64,000 bases of DNA from a virus: UHGV virus genome UHGV-1351772; one strand, 5' to 3'. Of this stretch, positions 38,822 through 47,072 are shown in pieces. The notes under the pieces were generated by a model. That model was given only the letters and a program-made list of their open reading frames with translations. It made no database searches and had not been told where the DNA came from. Position numbers and translations under genes: made by a program. The stretch's first letter is position 1. Every line of letters starts with the position of its first letter.

Positions 38822-38920
38822 TTAATCTTCGAATGCCCAACGGTGACGTTTAATCAGCCAGTTTAAACCTTTACCAATTAACCACAACGAGCCAAGTGTT
38901 AACAGAACCCCTACAACCAT
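38822..38920 (-). CDS. Small hydrophobic peptide (32 aa, N-terminal TM, basic tail)
   Basis: Hand-translated: MVVGVLLTLGSLWLIGKGLNWLIKRHRWAFED; AGGAGAGGG upstream. Confidence 0.35.
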   Translation of the reverse strand: MVVGVLLTLGSLWLIGKGLNWLIKRHRWAFED

Positions 38921-38930
38921 ATTCCCTCTC

Positions 38931-39116
38931 CTAATTCCGCCATTCGCATTCGCGTTGACGCCAAATTGAACCCCACGATAGTTTAATCAGATAAGATGAA
39001 ACTACCCATAAAATCATCACCACACAAAACATGACATAAAGAACCGCTAGAATGGACATGAAGCCAAACCCTGCCGCATCCACAATATGACGGAACCAAT
39101 CAGTTTGCATAAACAA
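38931..39116 (-). CDS. Small membrane protein (61 aa)
   Basis: Hydrophobic core FGFMSILAVLYVMFCVVMILWVV; start overlaps the stop of the SbcC-like gene. Confidence 0.35.
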   Translation of the reverse strand: MFMQTDWFRHIVDAAGFGFMSILAVLYVMFCVVMILWVVSSYLIKLSWGSIWRQRECEWRN

Positions 39117-41604
39117 TTTTTACTCCTTCGTTATACACCGCAGGCAATGTCACCCCTTCCGGTTCGATGACACAGTACGATGCTTCATTAAGTTTAGAAT
39201 GAACCTCGGCTTCGTGGGAGACTACCAACAGTTGAGAAAATTCTCCCGAGTTTGCTAACGTTTTAATAAAGCCGACCAGGTTGTTACGGTGCTCCTCATC
39301 CATGCCTTCCGAAGGCTCATCCAAAAGCAATGGAAACTGATGCAACTTCAGCGCTTTGTACGCAGTCAGCCTGAACATCAGATTAAATATCGCACGCTGC
39401 GCCTTAGACCCTTTACGCACGTCAGGAACAGGCTCAGGATGCGTTTTTAGCTGGACAGGAAAAGTATAATCCAAATCGCCGTCAGTGAGGTCACAAGGCA
39501 TAACGCGCATGGGGTACGTCCAGACCTGTTCGATATAACGCGTCATTAACTCTGTGATTCTAACGATAGCGTTGTAAAAATACTTTCTAAGTACACCCTT
39601 TTCTGGAGAGAAGGCTTGAATCATCAGTTTGTTATTGAACTGCTGGGCTTGTAAGTCAGCAAGTTCGCGTTCCAAACTGTTGAGCTGATTCAATTCATTT
39701 TCCATCTGACGATAACGTTCGCGTGCGGTTGTAAAAGCATCCAGCTTCCCTTCTCGTGCACGTAAGAGTTCCTCGACGACCGTATTTGTCAACGTAACCT
39801 TAACATCACTCTCTAACCGTTCGAATAACGCACTGAAATCATCTACAGCACGTTTAACATTCACCAGATAGGTAAGTGTCGTGTTAGCCAGTTCGTGCTC
39901 TCTACGACGCATTGAGAGCATTTCTGTGGCTTTACCTAATCGTGACTGTTGGAAAGCGATTTTCTGTTGTAAAGCACCATCGACGTTACCAACGGCCGCC
40001 ACGGCATCCTGCCATTCTTTTTCCGCCTTCACTAACCGTTGTCGGGTTTCATGGTACTCAATAGCAGAGTACAACTCGCTGTCAAACGCTGCGCATAGAC
40101 TCCCGAACTGTTCACGTGATTCTGTGAAAACGTTACGTTCTTGCAAACGCTTAAAGAACATGCTCAATACCGGGTCCTTTGAATACGTCAGTACAATCTC
40201 ACGAACCTGCCGCATATAAGTTACATCAGATTCTAATTCAACACGATCGCGTAATAAGGTCTCTAACTGCGTTTGCAGTTCCGTGCGCTGCTGTTGTTGT
40301 CCGCGAATCGAAGACTCAAGTTCAGGTAAAGAACGCGTAACACCAGGCCGAAACTTAAACCGACACTGCGGGCAATCCACTTCCGCTGTTTCTAAGTAGT
40401 GATTACGTTCGTGATTTAAATTCTGTAAAACGTTCTCCACTCGCTGGAGTCTATCCCGCAACCCTGCGGTTTTTTGATCCATCACCAGAAGCCGTTCTTC
40501 CAAAACATTGAGTTTTTCAGTTGAATGAATTGCGTCCAGTGTTGTTCCTAACCGTTGCCCCCAGACACGCGCATCGGTAGCCGCACGAAGTTGGTCTAAA
40601 TTGACGTTGTCGTTAAATAGACCCGGAAAGAGATGCTCGGTGTCCCATTTGGTAAGTAACTCACGTAAACGCGCCAATGTATTCTTGAGACCTTCGTGAT
40701 TCCGCATCAGGTAGTCTTGTCGTGTCGATTCATCCATCAATAACGACAAGTCTTTATTCAACATCGATACCTCTGTTTCAGTAGACACGACAGCTTCGCG
40801 GGCCGTCGCTTCGTTTTGTCGCGCGGCCAGTATCTGTTCATCAGTAGGCAGTCCACCACGATGTTGTAATATTGCGTCGATGGTTGGGCCCAAGCTGTTT
40901 AATAACGCTTGGATTGTTTCGATGGTGACGGCACGATTTAATCCTGGCAACTGTTCGATTTCTCGGTTCAGTTCACGTAAATCCGATTCCAAACCTTTTA
41001 ATCTCGTCGCCAACTGCTGCCGTTCTTCCTCGTTCTCAATAACACGCGTCCGCAATTCGGCGATTTTACGGCTGGTGATTTCAATACCCCCATTTAAGGC
41101 AGTAAGGTTTTTACGTAAACGTTGATAAAACCCTAACGCGTAGGTGAGGTCAGAGGTACTTAAACGGTAAAACCACTTACGACGCAGTTCCGTTCCTGCA
41201 TCCGTTAAAAGCACTTCTCCGTTCAGTAGTTCTTTAATCTCTTTTGTAATGCCTGTGATTTCTTCAACACGGGAGTTGTAGACTTTCGCATTACCTTGCT
41301 CGACGATCTTTGCCCCCGTGGTCAAGTTCTCAATATCACAAACCAGTGAGTTCCCTTTACGGGCAACTTTGAATCGATAGCGTTGATCACCAACTAAACA
41401 GTAGTTCGTGTAAGAACCGCCGTCCCTGAATTCGGTTTTGGCCGGTGCTAAGGGTAAGAATACAGACAGTAGACTGGTTTTCCCGCAACCGTTTCCACCC
41501 AGGATAATTGTTGTTGGGGACTGGATAGTGAAATCGAATGTTTCAATTTCATGTAACCCCATCCCCGTAAAACCTTTGAGTATAATGCGTTCAACTTTTA
41601 GCAT
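39100..41604 (-). CDS. SbcC/Rad50-like ATPase (SMC-type, coiled-coil)
   Basis: Start set at MLKVERIILKGF with GGAGGTG upstream; Walker A ILGGNGCGKTSLL; long coiled-coil middle; Walker B/D-loop LLLDEPSEGMDEEHR and LLVVSHE. Confidence 0.65.
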   Translation of the reverse strand: MLKVERIILKGFTGMGLHEIETFDFTIQSPTTIILGGNGCGKTSLLSVFLPLAPAKTEFRDGGSYTNYCLVGDQRYRFKVARKGNSLVCDIENLTTGAKIVEQGNAKVYNSRVEEITGITKEIKELLNGEVLLTDAGTELRRKWFYRLSTSDLTYALGFYQRLRKNLTALNGGIEITSRKIAELRTRVIENEEERQQLATRLKGLESDLRELNREIEQLPGLNRAVTIETIQALLNSLGPTIDAILQHRGGLPTDEQILAARQNEATAREAVVSTETEVSMLNKDLSLLMDESTRQDYLMRNHEGLKNTLARLRELLTKWDTEHLFPGLFNDNVNLDQLRAATDARVWGQRLGTTLDAIHSTEKLNVLEERLLVMDQKTAGLRDRLQRVENVLQNLNHERNHYLETAEVDCPQCRFKFRPGVTRSLPELESSIRGQQQQRTELQTQLETLLRDRVELESDVTYMRQVREIVLTYSKDPVLSMFFKRLQERNVFTESREQFGSLCAAFDSELYSAIEYHETRQRLVKAEKEWQDAVAAVGNVDGALQQKIAFQQSRLGKATEMLSMRRREHELANTTLTYLVNVKRAVDDFSALFERLESDVKVTLTNTVVEELLRAREGKLDAFTTARERYRQMENELNQLNSLERELADLQAQQFNNKLMIQAFSPEKGVLRKYFYNAIVRITELMTRYIEQVWTYPMRVMPCDLTDGDLDYTFPVQLKTHPEPVPDVRKGSKAQRAIFNLMFRLTAYKALKLHQFPLLLDEPSEGMDEEHRNNLVGFIKTLANSGEFSQLLVVSHEAEVHSKLNEASYCVIEPEGVTLPAVYNEGVKIVYAN

Positions 41605-41630
41605 ACCCACCTCCATAAAGACGGAGTGTG

Positions 41631-41676
41631 GTGTAAAAAGAAAAAAATAAAGAAAGGGAGAACCCGAAGGTTCTCC
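41631..41676 (-). terminator. Intrinsic terminator (leftward)
   Basis: Stem GGGAGAACC / GGTTCTCCC, loop CGAA; long T-run on the minus strand. Confidence 0.7.
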
Positions 41677-41682
41677 CAAACG

Positions 41683-42291
41683 TTATTTGGTGTACAGGTG
41701 ATAACCCATTGAAGTCCAATAATCGACGTTCTTCGTGTTTTCTACCCAAACCTGTCCCGCCTTTGTGGCTAAGACTTCCATTGTCAATGTACAGATCAGA
41801 TTTGTTACCGGGATACAATTTCCAGGTGTAACATCATCCAGATAAACCGGATATAAAAACGGCGATTTAATGGATTGGTACGGGTAAGAATAGTGGCTAC
41901 CGACCTTCCACCCTTCTTCTACAGGACAGAGATTAAAAGTGCGTGTTTCAGGAACTGCGTTTTCAGAGATCCAGTTAACAACATCGGCTTTAATTCGATC
42001 GTGGTCGATATAGTAGAACACAACACGTTGTGGGATACTTGTGGTACCAGCCGGGTCTAAAGCCTCCAGCGCCTTGAAAGGCGACGTCAACAACGTTGTA
42101 CTGTTTTCAAGCGCGTAAACCAACTTTTCGTAAGCGGTCGGCGTTTTGCGTTTAAAATATTCCCGTAAGCGAGGGTATGCCAGGAAGCCCTCTACTTCTT
42201 CTTCCATTAAGTCAATGAATAAAGGCGTATGTGAAAAGCGCTCTGCATTTTGCATCGCTTCAAGAAAACGAACTAATGTAATTTCGTTCAT
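41683..42291 (-). CDS. Hypothetical protein
   Basis: 202-aa ORF; no metallophosphatase motifs, so not an SbcD/Mre11 partner. Confidence 0.45.
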   Translation of the reverse strand: MNEITLVRFLEAMQNAERFSHTPLFIDLMEEEVEGFLAYPRLREYFKRKTPTAYEKLVYALENSTTLLTSPFKALEALDPAGTTSIPQRVVFYYIDHDRIKADVVNWISENAVPETRTFNLCPVEEGWKVGSHYSYPYQSIKSPFLYPVYLDDVTPGNCIPVTNLICTLTMEVLATKAGQVWVENTKNVDYWTSMGYHLYTK

Positions 42292-42310
42292 CTGGTCTTT
42301 CCTTTTAGAT

Positions 42311-42339
42311 CAAAAAAAGAAGCCCCGAGTAAACGGGGC
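42311..42339 (-). terminator. Intrinsic terminator (leftward)
   Basis: Stem GCCCCG / CGGGGC; T-run on the minus strand. Confidence 0.6.
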
Positions 42340-42347
42340 CGGGCTAA

Positions 42348-42824
42348 TTACAGCCCTAAGTGCGTGAGTGATAAAATAGGTTGTGTTTCACCTTTAATCG
42401 TCGCGAAGGAACGATACATTTCTGCGTTACTTGAAAAAACTTCGTTAGCAACGATACATTCACCCGTCTCTAAAGAAAGGAGATAAATGTAGTCGCTCCA
42501 TACGCTTTGTACCAATACCCACTCAAGTGCGGTGTCATTTTCGCGTGTTGTTCGCAGGTGATGAAAGTAAGGACGGATCGCATCAACTGCCGCATTAAAA
42601 CGACGGTGATAAATTCGGGTTAAATCAAAGGTCCAGATTGTTTCCAGGTCGACTGGATGTAGTGTGCGCACCGTTTCGATAATTGTCGACTGATCGTTAA
42701 GGCGCGAGGCTTCGGCGATACGCAGCAGTTTCCAGGCCACCGTTAAGTTGTGGCGAATTTGTTCAGGTTTAGCCGACAGGTCATGATGAAATTGCGCAGC
42801 TTGGTAAACGTTAGATAATTGCAT
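42348..42824 (-). CDS. Hypothetical protein
   Basis: 158-aa ORF. Confidence 0.45.
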   Translation of the reverse strand: MQLSNVYQAAQFHHDLSAKPEQIRHNLTVAWKLLRIAEASRLNDQSTIIETVRTLHPVDLETIWTFDLTRIYHRRFNAAVDAIRPYFHHLRTTRENDTALEWVLVQSVWSDYIYLLSLETGECIVANEVFSSNAEMYRSFATIKGETQPILSLTHLGL

Positions 42825-42850
42825 TTTAATACTCCTTTAGGTAAACATGT

Positions 42851-42880
42851 CGTAAAAAGGACCCCGGACGTACCGGGGTC
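42851..42880 (-). terminator. Intrinsic terminator (leftward)
   Basis: Stem GACCCCGG / CCGGGGTC; T-run on the minus strand. Confidence 0.6.
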
Positions 42881-42890
42881 AAGACTACAC

Positions 42891-43280
42891 TCAATGATCT
42901 AATTCAATAGCACCAGCCATCTTGCCCCGTTCTTCGATAACAATCAGATAACGGTCGCGAGATTTGCTTTTAGCGAGAGTTAAGACAACAGTAGGGTCGC
43001 ATGTTTTCGTGGTGATAGGAAGAACCTCTCTTTCGACGGAATCGAGCAGAAAGTAATAACCTGCGGGACACATTGTGCCACCGTCAGCTTTTACCAGAAT
43101 ATAGCGCCCGTCTGCGCCGACTTCTTGGCAGATTGTTTCACCGACTTCGCAAACTTCAAACCCCGGAGGATTGTACTGATAATCGGTATTGTTGTTTGGG
43201 GTTAGCAGTAAATCGTTAACTTGAGTAGATGCTGCTACACTCAGGGAGAAGAAGAATGCTAAAACGCAGACGAGACGCAT
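42891..43280 (-). CDS. Small secreted Cys-containing protein (signal peptide), member of tandem cluster
   Basis: 129 aa; signal peptide MRLVCVLAFFFSLSVAAS; pattern C.E.G..CQ...RY...GG..C shared with 43291-43701. Confidence 0.5.
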   Translation of the reverse strand: MRLVCVLAFFFSLSVAASTQVNDLLLTPNNNTDYQYNPPGFEVCEVGETICQEVGADGRYILVKADGGTMCPAGYYFLLDSVEREVLPITTKTCDPTVVLTLAKSKSRDRYLIVIEERGKMAGAIELDH

Positions 43281-43290
43281 GAGTTACTCC

Positions 43291-43701
43291 TTAAATTTTA
43301 AGTTTATCCATAGCTACAACGATAGGTTTTTCCGAAGTGTCTAATATCCCTACCATTGGCACACCATCTACGACTTCGAAGAATGGTTTGTTATTACCAG
43401 AGCATAGACGTTTGTCGTTGTATTCGAGACGTTGGGCCTTCCACGTTTCGAGGTTGAGTACAGACATTGGGCTGTCGTAGCACCAGGCACCACCTTGCTC
43501 AACGATGAATACGTATCTGCTACCTTTGTATTTAAACAGACTCTTCGCCTGACAGTACAACCCGTCAATTTCCGTACAATAGAAATCATCGGTGCTATTG
43601 ACGTACTTAATATTGTCTGGCAACTGTATTGTCTTTGCTGTAGCGTTGACAGAGAACAGAACAGCCATTGCAATGAGAAGAGTATTAATGATAGTTTTCA
43701 T
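43291..43701 (-). CDS. Small secreted Cys-containing protein (signal peptide), member of tandem cluster
   Basis: 136 aa; signal peptide MKTIINTLLIAMAVLFSVNATA. Confidence 0.5.
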   Translation of the reverse strand: MKTIINTLLIAMAVLFSVNATAKTIQLPDNIKYVNSTDDFYCTEIDGLYCQAKSLFKYKGSRYVFIVEQGGAWCYDSPMSVLNLETWKAQRLEYNDKRLCSGNNKPFFEVVDGVPMVGILDTSEKPIVVAMDKLKI

Positions 43702-43712
43702 GATAAAAGTCC

Positions 43713-44198
43713 TTAGTATTTAGATTGTTCTACGTACTTCTTAACCAGGTAAGCGAATTCGGCAACACCGATATCACCGAACCAAATCAGGTAACCGGGG
43801 TCGATGTTGTAGTAATAACCGACGAGTTTCTTGGTGTGTGGGTTGTATAGCGTTACGATGTATTCCCAACCACAAGCGTTAGCTTTACAACCACCGCTTT
43901 CAATCCAGATTTTGTTGTTGATGTTTACCGGATACATGTTACCGCCAGGGCCATCCATGTAACCTTTAGAGCCGAACATACCATCCAGTCCCACAGGGTC
44001 TAGTGTTTTATCAACAACGGCTTTAAACGACTTATCGGTATCGTACAAGTCGTTGATGTTTGGGCACGCATTTGGCTGACCTTCCCAAGCGTTTCCATCA
44101 CAGGTAAGCAATTCGTCTGCGGAGGCCGCATCTACAGTTGGTGTGACACCGATAAACAAGAAAACCAGAAAGAACATCAGTGCATGTAAACGTTTCAT
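43713..44198 (-). CDS. Small secreted protein (signal peptide), member of tandem cluster
   Basis: 161 aa; signal peptide MKRLHALMFFLVFLFIGVTPTVDA. Confidence 0.5.
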   Translation of the reverse strand: MKRLHALMFFLVFLFIGVTPTVDAASADELLTCDGNAWEGQPNACPNINDLYDTDKSFKAVVDKTLDPVGLDGMFGSKGYMDGPGGNMYPVNINNKIWIESGGCKANACGWEYIVTLYNPHTKKLVGYYYNIDPGYLIWFGDIGVAEFAYLVKKYVEQSKY

Positions 44199-44216
44199 TG
44201 TAACTACTCCTTTAGA

Positions 44217-44609
44217 TTATTCAGCAGGGCGATTCAAGGTAACACGTCCGATTAATTCGGCGTTGTGAAAGAAGTCCACAGCGGTATAGTTACCAACGGA
44301 TAGCGGATGGATACTAACTGACATTACTTTTGGTTGTTCGCAGGCGATATCCGTCAGACGTTGGTAGACTTGCGCACGGGTGTCAGCAATGAGTAACCCC
44401 GTACACGCTTCACCACGCACTAAACGATAAACTTGCAGTTTACCGAAACTGCGCATTAACGTAGGCGTCTCATCCGGGTTGATAATCGGTGAGTCAGGAG
44501 CCGGTTCGTAATAGCGGACATCCGAATCACCGAAAGCATAAGTGCCAGTAATTCCGACCGCACAGAAAATAATGATGGTATAAAGTATAGTTCTGATATT
44601 CATTTTCAC
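44217..44609 (-). CDS. Small secreted protein (signal peptide), member of tandem cluster
   Basis: 130 aa; signal peptide MKMNIRTILYTIIIFCAVGITGTYA. Confidence 0.5.
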   Translation of the reverse strand: MKMNIRTILYTIIIFCAVGITGTYAFGDSDVRYYEPAPDSPIINPDETPTLMRSFGKLQVYRLVRGEACTGLLIADTRAQVYQRLTDIACEQPKVMSVSIHPLSVGNYTAVDFFHNAELIGRVTLNRPAE

Positions 44610-44631
44610 GCACTCTAAAAAAGATTAATAG

Positions 44632-45093
44632 TTATTTGTTAGGACGGGTGTGTCCACAGTTCTGGAAGAAAGTTTCAGACAGACGTTCGCCTTCTACGGT
44701 AAAGTTAGCGGTGTCGTTACCATTGATACTCACACTGAAAGTTTTGGCATTACCGATAGCATTAACGAAAGCAACCCAAGCGTGTTCTGCTTTGTCACTA
44801 CCGTCCACGGTAGGGATGTTATAGGTCTTGCCGTTTACGACAATATCCAACGTGTTATCTTCCGCGTTAGTTGCACCTACGGGTTCACCGTAATACCAAA
44901 CCATGTGACCGTAAAATTTGCGATTCGCAGTTTCTGTGTCACAGTTGATAGACAGTCCGTTTCCGGCGGTGTCTTCAATTTCGTAAACTGCCTGGCCAGG
45001 GTTTTGTATTTGTTCCCAGCTGTTGATAGCGGCGTGTGCGCTATTGAGGCCGAAAGTTAAAATGGTTATTAAGAAAGTGATAAAGGTTTTCAT
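44632..45093 (-). CDS. Small secreted protein (signal peptide), member of tandem cluster
   Basis: 153 aa; signal peptide MKTFITFLITILTFGLNSAHA. Confidence 0.5.
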   Translation of the reverse strand: MKTFITFLITILTFGLNSAHAAINSWEQIQNPGQAVYEIEDTAGNGLSINCDTETANRKFYGHMVWYYGEPVGATNAEDNTLDIVVNGKTYNIPTVDGSDKAEHAWVAFVNAIGNAKTFSVSINGNDTANFTVEGERLSETFFQNCGHTRPNK

Positions 45094-45139
45094 TGAAATG
45101 CTCCTTCGGGTTATGGGGAAATTCCCACAAATTATGAAA

Positions 45140-45511
45140 TTAAATAACTGTGTTGGGTAATGCTTTAATCTGTGTATAACTATCTCCGATACCTCTTATC
45201 ATTTCCAGACGCTCTTCTGTAGAAAGGCTTTGGTTAATGTCTTTGTCAAGATTGAACAGTGTCAAGAGTTTTGCAATTGCAACCGTCAAGTTGTCGGACA
45301 GCTCGTTGTTTTTACGCCATTCTTCGTTACGGAAAATAGAGATAAGGTCTTTCGCCTGGCCTTCAGCGTGCGGTTTGGCTAACTGCGCGTCACGCTGTTC
45401 GATAAGGTATGCTTCGTTAGTAAGTAAACGTTTCAGGTTTTCTGGGTTAGTGGCAGCGCGAGTAACGATCATTAATACAACAAACGGGTCTTTAAATAAT
45501 TCGTTTTTCAT
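45140..45511 (-). CDS. Hypothetical protein
   Basis: 123-aa ORF, first gene of the operon that contains the secreted-protein cluster. Confidence 0.45.
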   Translation of the reverse strand: MKNELFKDPFVVLMIVTRAATNPENLKRLLTNEAYLIEQRDAQLAKPHAEGQAKDLISIFRNEEWRKNNELSDNLTVAIAKLLTLFNLDKDINQSLSTEERLEMIRGIGDSYTQIKALPNTVI

Positions 45512-45541
45512 CTTTAGTTCTCCTAAAATGGTTTTCGTTAA

Positions 45542-45585
45542 GTGAGAGCTTTTGTACTCTCACCTAAGTAATATATATCTGAAAT
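45542..45585 (+). promoter_or_regulatory. Conserved hairpin + 22-bp AT-rich motif (copy A), candidate phage-specific promoter/regulatory element
   Basis: Hairpin GTGAGAG-CTTTTGTA-CTCTCAC followed by CTAAGTAATATATATCTGAAAT; 20 of 22 positions identical to copy B at 49851-49872. Confidence 0.4.
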
Positions 45586-45603
45586 TATTTTTAATAATAA
45601 CGA

Positions 45604-45636
45604 ACAAAAAATAAAAGGTGGGGGTAAACCCCCACC
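45604..45636 (-). terminator. Intrinsic terminator (leftward)
   Basis: Stem GGTGGGGGT / ACCCCCACC, loop AA; T-run on the minus strand. Confidence 0.7.
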
Positions 45637-45640
45637 GATG

Positions 45641-46219
45641 TTATACATCGAACCGGTACTGCCGGGAGTTAATGAGGAACTCGGTATTCAGCTCAATCCA
45701 TTCGAGTAAATCGCCCAACGGTAATCGGTTTGGGTTTTCTAACTCAATAGACGCTACCGGATAAGAGTTTACTAATTCCGTAATTGCCTCAATACCCTCT
45801 TGCGTTCCATCGTCTTCTAAGGTGATTGTAAACGGCATATCGGTACGATCCGCATTAGGATTGTACAAACTGACTTTCGTTGCTTGGACAAACGCAGTCA
45901 GGTCGTCACGTATAATGCGTGTATCAGGCGCTAGAACTACCCAGAGATGTTGTCCAGGCTGGAGTTTACGTTTTGCGTAGTTTAAGAACGGATTAGCCGG
46001 TAAGCTTTCCAAACCACTGCAAATGTTCCGTAAATGAATACCTCGTGGGTCTTTATAGTCCACGCTGAAGATTCCTACCGGTTCCTTCGCTGCCTGTTTT
46101 ATCAGAAAGACCAATACCGTGTCCGCTCTTTCTGGTAAGGAAAGCTCTATTCCCTCAAGCTCCCCATCGACGAGGTTTTCCAACCAAACGTCTTTTCGCA
46201 TTTCTATTAATCGGTACAC
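45641..46219 (-). CDS. Hypothetical protein
   Basis: 192-aa ORF. Confidence 0.45.
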   Translation of the reverse strand: MYRLIEMRKDVWLENLVDGELEGIELSLPERADTVLVFLIKQAAKEPVGIFSVDYKDPRGIHLRNICSGLESLPANPFLNYAKRKLQPGQHLWVVLAPDTRIIRDDLTAFVQATKVSLYNPNADRTDMPFTITLEDDGTQEGIEAITELVNSYPVASIELENPNRLPLGDLLEWIELNTEFLINSRQYRFDV

Positions 46220-46231
46220 GGTACCACCTCA

Positions 46232-47005
46232 CTATTGATTAAGTTTTACATCGGCAATAAACAGCAATTGTTTACCATGTTGCTGCACTTCTTTCCAACC
46301 CAGTTTCATAGCAGCGTCAACAACATCTAACATGCTGTAACGGGACATCAACGCGGTTGATTTTGTTCCTGACATTAAATAAAGTGGCTCATTAGGGCAA
46401 CGGTCTCGAGCATCAGGAAGTTCTCGAATAACCACTGAGCCTTCGGGTACGGTAACAACATGAATCACGGTAAATGGTCTCTTGTGTGTTAAGTAGATAC
46501 GGAACCCAACGTGTTCAGATTCATGAAAGATTTTCTTCACGACCACATCTTTCAGTGTCGTCTGAACATCAGCCCCAGGTAATATCGTGGTTTCACGTGA
46601 AACGAAGCAACGACTATTTTCAATCGTGGAGAAATAATTACGTATCGGCAAACTGGCGTTATGATCGCGCAGTTTTTTGCTCAGTAGATCGAAGTTCAGT
46701 TCTTTAACTTTTTCTAACCACTCTTTGGCTTGTTGAATGTAATAACTACCGACAGCGCGATAAGTTAATACCTTACCTGTGCTCACTTGCCAAAGCTTGA
46801 TGCTTAGTGAATTTGGCTTATAGCGACGATACTCACCCCGCGTATGGTTGATGCGCTCGTAACGCTCTACATCATCAACGGGTGCAGATTCGACCGATTG
46901 TAATTGCAGCGTACGATCTAATCTATCGGCAAATAGTAGTGATGTTAGCGAACCTTCGATCATATACGGTTCGGTTTTAAAGATATCGTCTAAATGGACT
47001 TTCAT
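46232..47005 (-). CDS. Member of tandem paralog family with conserved C-terminal module
   Basis: 257 aa; C-terminus AAMKLGWKEVQQHGKQLLFIADV; N-terminus MKVHLDDIF resembles that of 48841-49578. Confidence 0.5.
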   Translation of the reverse strand: MKVHLDDIFKTEPYMIEGSLTSLLFADRLDRTLQLQSVESAPVDDVERYERINHTRGEYRRYKPNSLSIKLWQVSTGKVLTYRAVGSYYIQQAKEWLEKVKELNFDLLSKKLRDHNASLPIRNYFSTIENSRCFVSRETTILPGADVQTTLKDVVVKKIFHESEHVGFRIYLTHKRPFTVIHVVTVPEGSVVIRELPDARDRCPNEPLYLMSGTKSTALMSRYSMLDVVDAAMKLGWKEVQQHGKQLLFIADVKLNQ

Positions 47006-47027
47006 TTCTATTTCCTTCTTAACAAAA

Positions 47028-47050
47028 GCCGCGACTAAAGCGCGGCAGTT
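47028..47050 (-). terminator. Possible intrinsic terminator (leftward, weak T-tract)
   Basis: Stem GCCGCG / CGCGGC, loop ACTAAA. Confidence 0.35.
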
Positions 47051-47072
47051 AGAGAAAGTGTAGTTTCACTTA

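Noticed and set aside
38613-38840. 75-aa ORF from the ORF track
   Set aside because: It overlaps two short ORFs in other frames that have strong Shine-Dalgarno sequences and encode clean transmembrane peptides; the 75-aa frame has no ribosome-binding site and a non-protein-like translation.
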